Positions 51,640 through 61,220 of a stretch of DNA of 64,000 nt are shown piece after piece. Source of the stretch: Bacillota bacterium (GTDB lineage: Bacteria; Bacillota; Desulfotomaculia; Desulfotomaculales; UBA12532); contig JBFMHQ010000001.1 in assembly GCA_040751815.1 (NCBI GenBank), positions 4,073 to 68,072 on the forward strand, read 5' to 3'. Every line of letters starts with the position of its first letter. Position 1 is the first letter of the stretch. Under the pieces are notes generated by a model. That model worked only from the letters and a program-made list of their open reading frames with translations. It ran no database searches and was not told the DNA's origin. The position numbers were made by a program, and so were the translations under genes.

Positions 51640-52840
51640 CGACAACGTGAAAATTGCTTTGCTGGAGAACCGTGTGCCGGTAGAAGTCTACATAGAAACG
51701 GGCGAGGACGACCGTATTGTAGGGAGCGTATTTAAAGGCCGGGTGGAAAATGTTCTGCCGGGCATAGAGGCGGCCTTTGTGAACGTCGGGCTGGAAAGAA
51801 ACGCCTTCCTCTACGTCGACGACGTGGTGCCCGCGGGCGGGAAGAAAGGCCGCAGCGGCAAAATCAGGGAACTCCTGCGGCCCGGGCAGGAAGTCCTGGT
51901 GCAGATCGTTAAAGATATGTTCGGGAACAAGGGACCGCGGGTCAGCATGCGTGTAAACCTGCCGGGCCGGTTCACGGTCCTGATGCCCACCGTCAACCAT
52001 ATCGGCGTGTCCCGCCGCATCGAATCGGAGCGGGACCGCGAGAGGTTGCGGCGGATCGCCCAGCGGATCCGCCCTGACGGCATGGGGGTCATCGTGCGAA
52101 CGGCTGCCCGGGGTGTACCGGAAGAGATCCTGCGGGAAGATGTAGCGGCGTTGAGCAGCCAGTGGCGGCGCATCCAGGAAACGGCCCGTACCGTGCCCGC
52201 ACCAACCATCCTTTACCAGGAAGAGGCGCTTCTGGCGCGGGTACTGCGGGATCTATTTACGTCCGACGTGGAACGGCTGGTCGTGGATTCTCCGGACCTC
52301 CGGGCACGGGTGCTCGAGCTTCTGGAGGGCATCGATCCCCAGCTAAAAACCCACGTCTACGTAGAGGAGCGGGACGACCTTTTCGCCTTTTACGGCGTGG
52401 AACAAGAGATCCAGAAGGCGCTCCAGCGGCGCATCTGGCTTAAATCCGGGGGGTACCTGGTTTTCGACCAGGCTGAGGCCCTTACCGCCATCGATGTAAA
52501 CACCGGCAAGTATACCGGGCGCACCGACCTCGAAAACACCGTTTTTCAGACCAACCTGGAAGCGGCCGTGGAAATCGCACGCCAGTTGCGCCTCCGCAAC
52601 ATCGGCGGGATCATTATCGTCGACTTCATCGACATGGCCCGTGAGGATCACCGGGCGCGGGTACTGGAAACCTTCGCTGCGGAAATCAAAAAGGACCGGC
52701 GCCGCACCCACATTCTAGGACTTACCAGACTGGGCCTGGTGGAACTGACGCGCAAGAAGGTCTACCCGAGCCTGGCGGAGTTGCTCCTCGAGCCCTGCCC
52801 GGCTTGCGGCGGTGCGGGCAAGGTGCCGACCACACACTAA
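51608..52840 (+). CDS. rng: ribonuclease G/E family
   Basis: S1 domain; IDVNTG, LRNIGGIIIVDFIDM and CPACGG motifs. Confidence 0.93.
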   Translation: MLREIVATLRNDNVKIALLENRVPVEVYIETGEDDRIVGSVFKGRVENVLPGIEAAFVNVGLERNAFLYVDDVVPAGGKKGRSGKIRELLRPGQEVLVQIVKDMFGNKGPRVSMRVNLPGRFTVLMPTVNHIGVSRRIESERDRERLRRIAQRIRPDGMGVIVRTAARGVPEEILREDVAALSSQWRRIQETARTVPAPTILYQEEALLARVLRDLFTSDVERLVVDSPDLRARVLELLEGIDPQLKTHVYVEERDDLFAFYGVEQEIQKALQRRIWLKSGGYLVFDQAEALTAIDVNTGKYTGRTDLENTVFQTNLEAAVEIARQLRLRNIGGIIIVDFIDMAREDHRARVLETFAAEIKKDRRRTHILGLTRLGLVELTRKKVYPSLAELLLEPCPACGGAGKVPTTH

Positions 52841-52846
52841 AAGACC

Positions 52847-52875
52847 TTGTCACCGGCGGCGCTCTCTGGTAAAAT
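52847..52875 (+). promoter_or_regulatory. sigma-A promoter of rplU-rpmA
   Basis: TTGTCA-N17-TAAAAT with TGn extension. Confidence 0.7.
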
Positions 52876-52919
52876 ATCTGGCGTGACTACCGTAGCGGGA
52901 AAGCGAGGCTTGCACGGGG

Positions 52920-53231
52920 ATGTATGCCGTTATCGAAACCGGGGGTAAACAGTACCGGGTCGCCGAAGGGGATACCATTTTCGTCGACAGGTTGCCGGGC
53001 GAACCGGGGCAGGAAGTAGTTTTTGAGCGCGTGCTTCTGGTATCTTCGCCGGAGAATACAAAGGTGGGGCAGCCGACGGTCGCCGGCGCCAGTGTGGTCG
53101 GAAAGGTGCTCAGGCACGGGCGGGCCCGGAAGATTATCGTGTTTAAGTACAAGCCGAAGAAGAATTACAGGCGCACGCGGGGGCACCGGCAGGTTTACAC
53201 CCAGGTGCTCATCGAGAAGATTCGCGCGTGA
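52920..53231 (+). CDS. rplU: 50S ribosomal protein L21
   Basis: [14 protein letters not shown] and GHRQ motifs. Confidence 0.98.
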   Translation: MYAVIETGGKQYRVAEGDTIFVDRLPGEPGQEVVFERVLLVSSPENTKVGQPTVAGASVVGKVLRHGRARKIIVFKYKPKKNYRRTRGHRQVYTQVLIEKIRA

Positions 53232-53244
53232 CGGAGGTGAAATT

Positions 53245-53511
53245 ATGGCCCACAAAAAGGGTGTTGGCAGTTCGCGCAACGGCCGTGATTCTGCGGCCAA
53301 AAGGCTCGGCGTCAAGCGGGGCGACGGGCAATACGTTACGGCAGGCAGTATTATCGTCCGCCAACGGGGCACCCGCATTCACCCCGGCCGCAATGTCGGC
53401 ATAGGCGGCGACGATACGCTGTTTGCGCTGGTAGACGGCTTTGTGCGTTTCCACCGCCGGGGGCGCGACAGGAAGCAGGTCAGCGTGCTCCCGGCCACGC
53501 CGGTAGTATAG
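53245..53511 (+). CDS. rpmA: 50S ribosomal protein L27
   Basis: [16 protein letters not shown]; GGAGGTG RBS before ATG 53245. Confidence 0.98.
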   Translation: MAHKKGVGSSRNGRDSAAKRLGVKRGDGQYVTAGSIIVRQRGTRIHPGRNVGIGGDDTLFALVDGFVRFHRRGRDRKQVSVLPATPVV

Positions 53512-53525
53512 CACATACGATCCTG

Positions 53526-53558
53526 AGCCGGTCGGGGAAAGACCGGCTTTTCTTATTT
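53526..53558 (+). terminator. intrinsic terminator after rpmA
   Basis: AGCCGGTC/GACCGGCT stem plus T-tract. Confidence 0.85.
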
Positions 53559-53587
53559 CTCCATCTTTATTTCGGGGGGTAACCGCC

Positions 53588-54646
53588 GTGTGCCCTTATT
53601 GCGGTCTGGCGACCGGTATCGGCAGTCTTCCTTTCCTGGATCCCGAGGCGGCCGTGGAGTTCGTCTGGCGCTATTTCCCGTCCTTACCCCACTGGCCGCA
53701 ACTGCCCCGCCGGGGGGCGCAGGAGGGTTTTGTCGTACAATTCCTTAAGCCCCTGCTGGACACAGGAGTGCTCGTCCGCCAGGGGGACAGGTTCCATTTT
53801 GCCATCGACGCGCCGGAATGGCCGGAGTGCCTGGCGGCCTTCTACGAGCTATATCTGGCTGCGGTAGAGGGGGACGAGGAGGCCCTTGGCCGTTTCGCCG
53901 CCTCCCGGGAATCGGCTGCCGGGCTCTACGCCTTCCTGGAACAGGAGCCCGGACGCTTCGCGGGGGCCGTGGCGGTGAAGGGGCAGGTGGTGGGGCCCCT
54001 GACGGTGGGTTTCAATCTCACCGCAGCCGGCAGGCCGGCCTACTACGACGAGCAGCTGCGGGAGGTCATTGTCAAGACTCTGGCCACGAGCGCGGCGTGG
54101 CAGGCCAGGACCCTGGCCCGGACCGGAAAACCCGTCCTGCTTTTCATTGACGAACCGGGCGTGAGCATTTACGGCCAATCCGCGTATATTACCGTGACGC
54201 GGGAAATGATCGTCAACGACCTGCGGGAAATGGTCCAGGCCGTTGGGGCGGCCGGTGGTCTGCCCGGCATCCATGCCTGCGCCGCCGTAGACTGGAGCAT
54301 CCTGGTGGAAAGCGGTGCCGGGATCATCAGTTACGACGCCTACAACTTCTTTCCGTCTCTCCTCCCTTACCGGGAACAGCTGGCCGCCTTCCTGAGTGCG
54401 GGTGGCATCCTGGCCTGGGGCATCGTGCCCACTTCCGATTGCGCCCGCGACGAGGACGGTGCCGGACTGGTGCACCGGCTCGAAGAGCAATGGGAGCAAC
54501 TCGCAGCCCGCGGCGTGGCCCGCGAGATGCTTCACCGGCAGTGGCTGGTGACGCCGAGTTGCGGTCTCGGGCTGCTGGCGGAGGACCTGGCGCCCCGCAT
54601 CTACGCGCTGTGCGCGGAAGTGGCGGCGGCCCTCCGGGAAGGATAA
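53588..54646 (+). CDS. core (single-barrel) MetE-like methionine synthase, MesB-type
   Basis: GIGSLP, HWPQLP, KGQVVGP, FIDEP, HACA (HxC), WGIVP and TPSCG zinc-site motifs; about 350 aa. Confidence 0.75.
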   Translation: MCPYCGLATGIGSLPFLDPEAAVEFVWRYFPSLPHWPQLPRRGAQEGFVVQFLKPLLDTGVLVRQGDRFHFAIDAPEWPECLAAFYELYLAAVEGDEEALGRFAASRESAAGLYAFLEQEPGRFAGAVAVKGQVVGPLTVGFNLTAAGRPAYYDEQLREVIVKTLATSAAWQARTLARTGKPVLLFIDEPGVSIYGQSAYITVTREMIVNDLREMVQAVGAAGGLPGIHACAAVDWSILVESGAGIISYDAYNFFPSLLPYREQLAAFLSAGGILAWGIVPTSDCARDEDGAGLVHRLEEQWEQLAARGVAREMLHRQWLVTPSCGLGLLAEDLAPRIYALCAEVAAALREG

Positions 54647-54664
54647 CTGCGGGGGAGGGTGGGC

Positions 54665-55468
54665 ATGCCTGTAGACTACCACCTTCACACCCGGCGCTGC
54701 GGGCACGCGGAAGGTGACCTCGCGGCCTACCTTGCCGCGGCAAGCGCCGCGGGGCTGCGGGAAGTTGGATTCGCCGACCATATCCCCCTCTATTTCCTGC
54801 CGCGCGCGGCCCGCGACCGCTCGCTGGCTATGGGGGAGGAAGAACTGCCCCTTTACGTGGCCGAGGTGGAGGCCTTGCGTGCCGCCCATCCCGGGCCATC
54901 CGTGCGACTGGGGATCGAGGCCGACTACCTCCCCGGGTACGAAAAAGAGCTGGCCCGCATACTGGTGGCCTATCCGTTCGACTACGTTATCGGCTCGATC
55001 CATTACCTCGACGGCTGGGGGTTTGACAACCCGGAGCAGGTGGCGGGATACGAGGGGCGGGATCCCGACGAGCTTTACCGCGCCTACTTTGCGCTCCTGG
55101 AACGGGCCGCGGCCTCCGGCCTGTTCGACATCATCGCCCATCCGGACCTCATCAAGAAATTCGGTTGCCGACCGGCGGCCGACCCGGGGCCGCTGTACGA
55201 AAGAGCGGCGGCCGCCTTCGCCCGTGCGGGTGTCTGCGTCGAGGTCAACACCGCGGGCCTGCGTGCCCCCGCCGGGGAAATTTACCCGGCCCCCCGGTTC
55301 CTCTACGCGTGCCGGCGCCATGGCGTTCCGGCAACGATCGGCTCCGACGCCCACCATCCCGGGCAGGTAGGTGCCGGCCTGGAGGTAGCGGTAACGCTGC
55401 TGAAAGAGGCAGGCTACCGGCAGGTTGCCACATTCCACCGCCGGCGGCGGAGCTTCCTTTCCCTCTAA
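54665..55468 (+). CDS. histidinol-phosphatase, PHP family (HisJ/HisK)
   Basis: DYHLHT..CGHA, ADH, GSIH, AHPD and GSDAH motifs. Confidence 0.88.
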   Translation: MPVDYHLHTRRCGHAEGDLAAYLAAASAAGLREVGFADHIPLYFLPRAARDRSLAMGEEELPLYVAEVEALRAAHPGPSVRLGIEADYLPGYEKELARILVAYPFDYVIGSIHYLDGWGFDNPEQVAGYEGRDPDELYRAYFALLERAAASGLFDIIAHPDLIKKFGCRPAADPGPLYERAAAAFARAGVCVEVNTAGLRAPAGEIYPAPRFLYACRRHGVPATIGSDAHHPGQVGAGLEVAVTLLKEAGYRQVATFHRRRRSFLSL

Positions 55469-55509
55469 ATACCCATCTTTTCCCTTTTGAAATTTTTTTC
55501 TTTTTTTTA

Positions 55510-55563
55510 GCAGGAACTTTTTTCCCCTTGTAGAACATGTGGGGTAAAGTGGTGCAAAGTGGG
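55510..55563 (+). promoter_or_regulatory. mraZ promoter region: sigma-H-like promoter and three MraZ-binding GTGG repeats
   Basis: AGGA-N17-GAAC; GTGGG/GTGGT/GTGGG at 55539, 55549 and 55559 (10-nt period). Confidence 0.75.
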
Positions 55564-55591
55564 GGAATGCACCCTCGGGTGGGGGATAGAG

Positions 55592-56029
55592 GTGTTCATC
55601 GGGGAATACCAGCACACCCTGGACAGCAAGGGGCGCCTTTTCATCCCGGCCCGTTTCCGTGAGGGCCTCGGGGAACGGTTCGTCATGACCAAAGGGCTCG
55701 ACCGCTGTCTTTTCGCTTACTCACTCGGGGAGTGGCAGGTCCTTGAGGAGAAACTCAGGAGGCTACCCTTTGCGCGTGCCGATGCGCGGGCTTTCGCCCG
55801 GCTTTTCTTTTCCGGTGCGGCGGAAGTCGAGGTCGACCGCCAGGGGCGGGTGCTTATTCCCGCCAACCTGCGCACCTACGCCGGCCTTGATAAGGACGTG
55901 GTTGTCATCGGCGTTTCCTCCCGCGTGGAAATCTGGGCCTGCGAAGAGTGGGCGCGGTACAGCGCCGACGCCGGCCGGAACTACGAAGCCATTGCCGAGA
56001 AAATTGTAGACCTGGATGTTGACCTGTGA
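55592..56029 (+). CDS. mraZ: division/cell wall cluster repressor MraZ
   Basis: [14 protein letters not shown] and DRQGRVLIP motifs. Confidence 0.97.
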   Translation: MFIGEYQHTLDSKGRLFIPARFREGLGERFVMTKGLDRCLFAYSLGEWQVLEEKLRRLPFARADARAFARLFFSGAAEVEVDRQGRVLIPANLRTYAGLDKDVVVIGVSSRVEIWACEEWARYSADAGRNYEAIAEKIVDLDVDL

Positions 56030-57003
56030 GAGGGGATAAGTCTTTCTACCACGAGCCCGTGATGCCAGCCGAGGTCCTGGAAGCCCTGGCGGTGAAACCC
56101 GGCGGCGTCTACGTTGACTGCACGGTGGGAGGCGGTGGACACGCCCGGGGAATCCTCGAGCGGAGCGCGCCCGACGGGGTGCTATTGGGGCTCGACCGGG
56201 ATCCGGAAGCCATTGCGGCGGCCGGTGCGCGACTAAAACCTTTTGGCGGGAGGGTGATCCTGGTGCAGGCCGACTTCCGGGACGTGGCGCGGGTGGCGGC
56301 GGGCCTCGGTATCGCAGCGGCCGACGGCGTGCTGTACGACCTTGGAGTCTCGTCCCACCAGTTCGACGCCCCGGCACGGGGTTTTACCTACCGGGAGGAT
56401 GCGCCGCTGGATATGCGGATGGATCCTACGGGAGGGGTCACCGCCGCCGATCTCGTCAACACCCTCCCCCAGGACGAACTGGCCAGGATTATCCGCCAGT
56501 ACGGGGAGGAGAGGTGGGCCGGACGCATCGCCGCCTTTATTGTGGACGAGCGCAAACGCCGGCCCGTTCGCACCACCGGCCAGCTGGTGGAGATCATCAA
56601 GCGGGCGGTTCCGGCCGGGGCACGGCGGCAGGGCCCCCACCCGGCACGGCGTACCTTCCAGGCCCTGCGGATCGCTGTAAATACGGAACTCGACGCCCTG
56701 GCGGCGTCCCTTCGCCAGGCCGTGGACCTTCTCCGGCCCGGCGGCAGGTTGTGCGTAATTGCCTACCATTCCCTGGAGGACCGGATTGTCAAGGAGACCC
56801 TCAGGGAAATGGCCGCCACGTGTGTCTGCCCGCCCGGCCTGCCGGTGTGCCGGTGCGGCCGGCGGCCCCAGCTGCGGGTCCTTAGCGGTCGAGCGCAGCG
56901 CCCCTCGCCGGCGGAGGTGGCGGCCAACCCCCGCAGCCGCAGCGCCAGGCTGCGCGCTGCAGAGAAGCTTGCTTCCGTTCTAAGGGAAAGGGAGGGTGAA
57001 TAA
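56026..57003 (+). CDS. rsmH: 16S rRNA m4C1402 methyltransferase
   Basis: [24 protein letters not shown] and NPRSRSA motifs. Confidence 0.97.
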   Translation: MRGDKSFYHEPVMPAEVLEALAVKPGGVYVDCTVGGGGHARGILERSAPDGVLLGLDRDPEAIAAAGARLKPFGGRVILVQADFRDVARVAAGLGIAAADGVLYDLGVSSHQFDAPARGFTYREDAPLDMRMDPTGGVTAADLVNTLPQDELARIIRQYGEERWAGRIAAFIVDERKRRPVRTTGQLVEIIKRAVPAGARRQGPHPARRTFQALRIAVNTELDALAASLRQAVDLLRPGGRLCVIAYHSLEDRIVKETLREMAATCVCPPGLPVCRCGRRPQLRVLSGRAQRPSPAEVAANPRSRSARLRAAEKLASVLREREGE

Positions 57004-57005
57004 GC

Positions 57006-57491
57006 TTGGTACTGGCGCAGGAAAAACCGGTAACCGGCCTGCCGCAGGTCCGGGTGCGCAAGCGAAGACGGCCGCAACCGGCGGCCGCGCAAGGGCGTGC
57101 CCGGTTGCTCGCGTTGCTGGTGGGCAGCTTCGCTTGCGGTCTCATCCTGGTGTTTGCCCACGGGCAGGTGGCGGTCACGGGGTACCGGATGACGGATTTG
57201 CAGCGCGAGGTCACCGCCCTGCAGGCGGAACACGGAGCGTTGACGGCGGCTGTCAGTGCCCTCGAAAGCCTGGACCGGGTGGAACACGTGGCTACCACGC
57301 GGCTCGGGATGGTTAAACCGGCAGGCGACAACGTGCTGTATGTGGTCCTGGACGACGCAGCTCAAGATCGCAAGGGCGCCCCAGTCCCCGCACAGCGTAA
57401 GGCGCCGCCGGCAGTCGCCGGAAAATCCGATGTTATCCATGCCTTGATGGAGCTCGTCTTCCATCCCAAAGAGAGCGTGTCTTCGGGTTAA
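57006..57491 (+). CDS. ftsL: cell division protein FtsL-like
   Basis: TM plus coiled coil, RVE..A...LGM motif; position after rsmH. Confidence 0.8.
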   Translation: MVLAQEKPVTGLPQVRVRKRRRPQPAAAQGRARLLALLVGSFACGLILVFAHGQVAVTGYRMTDLQREVTALQAEHGALTAAVSALESLDRVEHVATTRLGMVKPAGDNVLYVVLDDAAQDRKGAPVPAQRKAPPAVAGKSDVIHALMELVFHPKESVSSG

Positions 57492-57509
57492 GCGGGGGGA
57501 TGTTGGCCG

Positions 57510-59630
57510 TTGACGGGCCTCCTTATGCGCAGGCGAATAGTAGGCCTTTTTCTTTTGGCCGTTTTGTTCATCTTCGTGCTGGTCGTACGTCTGGCCTGGG
57601 TTCAGCTGGTACAGGGTGATCGCCTGCGTAAACAGGCGCTGGAGAACCGGGTGCAGGACCTGGCGGTCGAGGCCAGGCGCGGCTCCATTTACGACCGTAA
57701 CGGCAGGGAACTGGTTACGAGCGTTAATGCCGACTCGGTGGTGTGCTGTCCGCCCCAGGTCAGAGACCCGCGCCGGACGGCGGCCCAGCTTGCCGGCGTA
57801 CTGGAGATGGACCAGGACGAGGTATACCGTTTGCTGACCCTCAAGGTGGGGTCGGCGTATGTCAAGCGCCGGGTGGAAGCAGATAAGATAAAACAACTTC
57901 GAGCCCTCAACCTCCCGGGCATCTACTTCGTGCCCGAGAGCAAGCGCTACTACCTTAAAGGAAACCTGGCGGCACACCTCCTGGGGTTCGTTGGCGATGA
58001 CAACCAGGGCCTGACCGGCCTGGAAAAAACCTTTGACAGGGAACTGCGCGGCATTCCCGGCCGCGTCGTCATAGAGCGGGACGCCCTGGGGCGCGACATC
58101 CCGTCTGCCGTCCACCGCTATTACCAGCCCCTGCCCGGGCACAACATCATACTGACCATCGACGAAAACATCCAGTATTTTGTCGAGCGCGAGCTGGATA
58201 AAATTGTAGATACCTTCCGGCCCAAGAACGCCGTTATAATAGTGATGAATCCCAGAAGCGGTGAAATTCTTGCCATGGGCAACCGGCCGACCTTTGACCC
58301 GAACCGGTGGCTCAAATTTCCGCAGGCTGTCTGGGATCGCACGCCGGCCATCTGGTACAATTACGAACCAGGGTCGACCTTCAAAATCGTTACCCTGGCG
58401 GCCGCCCTCGAAGAAGGGGTGGCCAAACCCGACGACCTGTTCTACTGTCCGGGGTTTATCAAGGTTGCCGACCGGAATATCCACTGCTGGCTTGACGGCG
58501 GGCACGGCAGCCAGACCCTTACCGAGGTGGTGCAGAACTCCTGCAACCCCGGTTTCGTTCGCCTGGGTCTTAAACTTGGTGTGTCGAGGTTTTACCGGTA
58601 CGTGGAGGCCTTCGGCTTCGGGGAGCCGACGGGCATCCCCTTACCGGGCGAGGCCGGCGGCATTATCATCCCCGAAAAGAAGGCCACGGAGTTAAATCTG
58701 GCCACGATGGCCATCGGTCAGTCCGTCGCCGTTACGCCTCTGCAACTCATCACGGCCGTCGCCGCGGTGGCCAATGGCGGCTTGCTTATGCAGCCGCAAC
58801 TGGTCAAGGCGGTGACCGATGTCGAGGGGCGCACGTTGAAGGAGTACAGGCCACGCCCCCTGAGGCGGGTGATCTCGGAAAAAACCGCCGCGCAGGTGCG
58901 TCTCCTGCTCGAGAAGGTTGTTCTGAACGGCACCGGCCGGAATGCCTGGGTGGAAGGGTACCGTACGGGGGGTAAAACGGGTACGGCGCAAGTGGTCGGG
59001 CCCGCCGGGGGCTACGTGGAAGGCAAATACGTCGCTTCCTTCGCCGGGTTTGCGCCGGTTGACGATCCCCGGGTTGCCATTCTGGTGGTGGTTAGTGAGC
59101 CGCAGGGCGGCGTTTATTTCGGCGCCCAGGTTGCCGCACCCTCCTTTGCGGCCGTGATGCGCGACACCCTCCACTACCTCGGCATTCCGGAAAAGAAAGG
59201 GCTGCCTCGCCCCAAAAATCCATACCAGTGGACCGAACCGAAGGAGCCGTCTGAGGTGCGCGTACCCAGGGTGACCGGGCTTCCCTTGGACCGGGCGGTG
59301 ACGCTGTTGAAGGAAAAAAACCTGAACTTTGTTACCAGGGGGCAGGGAAACCAGGTTGGCGCCCAGATACCGGAAGCGGGAGCCACCGTCCGCGAAGGGA
59401 CGACGGTTATCCTTCACCTGCGCCCCGCGCCGGTGGCCGGGAAGGGCGAAATCACCGTTCCCGATTTAACCGGCACGACCGTCAAACAGGCGGGCGCCAT
59501 CCTGGCGGGTTTGGGCCTGAAAATGGAGCCGGAGGGCAGCGGCCTGGCTTACCGCCAGCTCCCGGCCCCCGGAGACAGGATAAAGCCGGGGGGCACGGTG
59601 AAAGTTTTCTTCCGGCCTGTGGAAGAATAG
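57510..59630 (+). CDS. spoVD: class B PBP with two PASTA domains (SpoVD/FtsI-like)
   Basis: RGSIYDR, EPGSTFK, NSCNPGF and GKTGTAQ motifs; PASTA repeats. Confidence 0.8.
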   Translation: MTGLLMRRRIVGLFLLAVLFIFVLVVRLAWVQLVQGDRLRKQALENRVQDLAVEARRGSIYDRNGRELVTSVNADSVVCCPPQVRDPRRTAAQLAGVLEMDQDEVYRLLTLKVGSAYVKRRVEADKIKQLRALNLPGIYFVPESKRYYLKGNLAAHLLGFVGDDNQGLTGLEKTFDRELRGIPGRVVIERDALGRDIPSAVHRYYQPLPGHNIILTIDENIQYFVERELDKIVDTFRPKNAVIIVMNPRSGEILAMGNRPTFDPNRWLKFPQAVWDRTPAIWYNYEPGSTFKIVTLAAALEEGVAKPDDLFYCPGFIKVADRNIHCWLDGGHGSQTLTEVVQNSCNPGFVRLGLKLGVSRFYRYVEAFGFGEPTGIPLPGEAGGIIIPEKKATELNLATMAIGQSVAVTPLQLITAVAAVANGGLLMQPQLVKAVTDVEGRTLKEYRPRPLRRVISEKTAAQVRLLLEKVVLNGTGRNAWVEGYRTGGKTGTAQVVGPAGGYVEGKYVASFAGFAPVDDPRVAILVVVSEPQGGVYFGAQVAAPSFAAVMRDTLHYLGIPEKKGLPRPKNPYQWTEPKEPSEVRVPRVTGLPLDRAVTLLKEKNLNFVTRGQGNQVGAQIPEAGATVREGTTVILHLRPAPVAGKGEITVPDLTGTTVKQAGAILAGLGLKMEPEGSGLAYRQLPAPGDRIKPGGTVKVFFRPVEE

Positions 59631-59750
59631 GCCGCTCGCCTGAAGGGATGTCTTGCCCGACTATACCCGGGGTGTGTCTGCGTGGGGACCGGTTTTGCAG
59701 GGAGCTCCGGGGTGGTATTCTAAGGGTGCCGGCAACCGGGAGGGTAAGAG

Positions 59751-61220
59751 GTGCAGTTTGGAGAACTAATTGGAGAACTTGACGTGCGCGACACCGGGGG
59801 AGATCACGCCGCCGTCATAAAAGGTATCGCTTATGACTCGCGGCGCGTCGAACCGGGTTTTCTCTTCGTGGCCATTAAGGGGTTTCGCACCGACGGACAC
59901 CTCTACATCGGCGATGCCCTGGCGCGGGGGGCGGCGGGTGTTATCCTGCAGGAGCGCGTTTCCCTCCCCGCCGGCATACCCTGGGTTCAGGTGACCGATA
60001 GCCGGCGGGCTCTGGCACTGGTGGCGGCTCGCTTTTTCGGTTATCCTTCAAAGAGCCTTAACCTCACGGGTGTGACCGGCACCAACGGGAAAACCACCAC
60101 CACCCACATGCTGGCGGCCATCTACCGCCGGCGCGGGCGGGTGGGTCTCATCGGCACGGTTTATAACCTGGTACACGACAGGGTTTTACCCGGGCGGCAT
60201 ACAACGCCGGAAGCCGTGGAGCTTCAAGGGTTGCTCCGCGAAATGGTTGACGCGGGGGTGGCCAACGCCGTTATGGAGGTTTCTTCCCACGCCCTGGCCC
60301 TTTCCAGGGTGGAAGGGTGCCGTTTTGGGGCGGCAGTCTTTACCAACCTGACCCAGGACCACCTGGACTTCCACCCGACCCTGGAGGCCTATTTCGCGGC
60401 TAAGGCCCGGCTTTTTCAGGGACTACCTCCGGCGGGGCTGGCGGTGATCAACTGCGACGATTCCTGGGGCCGGCGGCTTGGCGGCCTGGCCACCGGGAGG
60501 GTCGTAAGCTACGGCCTGGAAACAGGCTGCGACGTGCGGGCCGTAGATGTCTCCGTCCGCGCCGACGGCGTGGCGTTTGGCGTAGAGAGCGCCTGGGGCA
60601 ACTTCCCGGTCCGGTTGCGCCTGACGGGAATGTTCAACGTGTATAACGCCCTGGCAGCGGTGGCGTGCAGCCTCGCCCAGGGCTTTTCCCCGGAGGAGGT
60701 TGCGGCGGGTCTGGCCGGATTGCAGGGTGTGCCCGGCCGCTTCGAACGGATCGACCGGGGGCAGGATTTTACGGTGATTGTGGACTACGCCCACACCCCT
60801 GACGGGCTGATCAACGTCCTGCAGGCGGCCCGGGCCATCGCCGCGGCGCGGTTGATTGTAGTCTTCGGTTGCGGCGGCGACCGCGACCGCAAGAAGAGAC
60901 CCCTCATGGGCGAGGCGGCGGTACGTTACGCCGACCTGGCCATTATTACCTCGGATAACCCGCGGACGGAAGATCCGCTGGCCATTATCGACGATATCGA
61001 GGCGGGTGCCCGTGGGGTTCCGGGCGGCCGGTACCTGGTGGAGCCGGACCGCCGCCGCGCCATCAGGGCCGCCCTGCAAATTGCCCGGTGCGGCGACGTG
61101 GTACTGGTGGCCGGCAAGGGACACGAGGATTACCAGATTATCGGGGAGAAGCGGCTCCCCTTCGACGACCGCCTGGTGGTGGCGGAGTTGCTGAAGGAAA
61201 CGGGCCGCGCGCGGAAATGA
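59751..61220 (+). CDS. murE: UDP-MurNAc-tripeptide (meso-DAP) ligase
   Basis: GTNGKTT, MEVSSH, DYAHTPD and DNPR motifs. Confidence 0.97.
   Translation: MQFGELIGELDVRDTGGDHAAVIKGIAYDSRRVEPGFLFVAIKGFRTDGHLYIGDALARGAAGVILQERVSLPAGIPWVQVTDSRRALALVAARFFGYPSKSLNLTGVTGTNGKTTTTHMLAAIYRRRGRVGLIGTVYNLVHDRVLPGRHTTPEAVELQGLLREMVDAGVANAVMEVSSHALALSRVEGCRFGAAVFTNLTQDHLDFHPTLEAYFAAKARLFQGLPPAGLAVINCDDSWGRRLGGLATGRVVSYGLETGCDVRAVDVSVRADGVAFGVESAWGNFPVRLRLTGMFNVYNALAAVACSLAQGFSPEEVAAGLAGLQGVPGRFERIDRGQDFTVIVDYAHTPDGLINVLQAARAIAAARLIVVFGCGGDRDRKKRPLMGEAAVRYADLAIITSDNPRTEDPLAIIDDIEAGARGVPGGRYLVEPDRRRAIRAALQIARCGDVVLVAGKGHEDYQIIGEKRLPFDDRLVVAELLKETGRARK

Noticed and set aside
52880-52915. L21 leader RNA
   Set aside because: Only a faint ACCG...GCGAG resemblance in a very short leader; needs an Rfam search.
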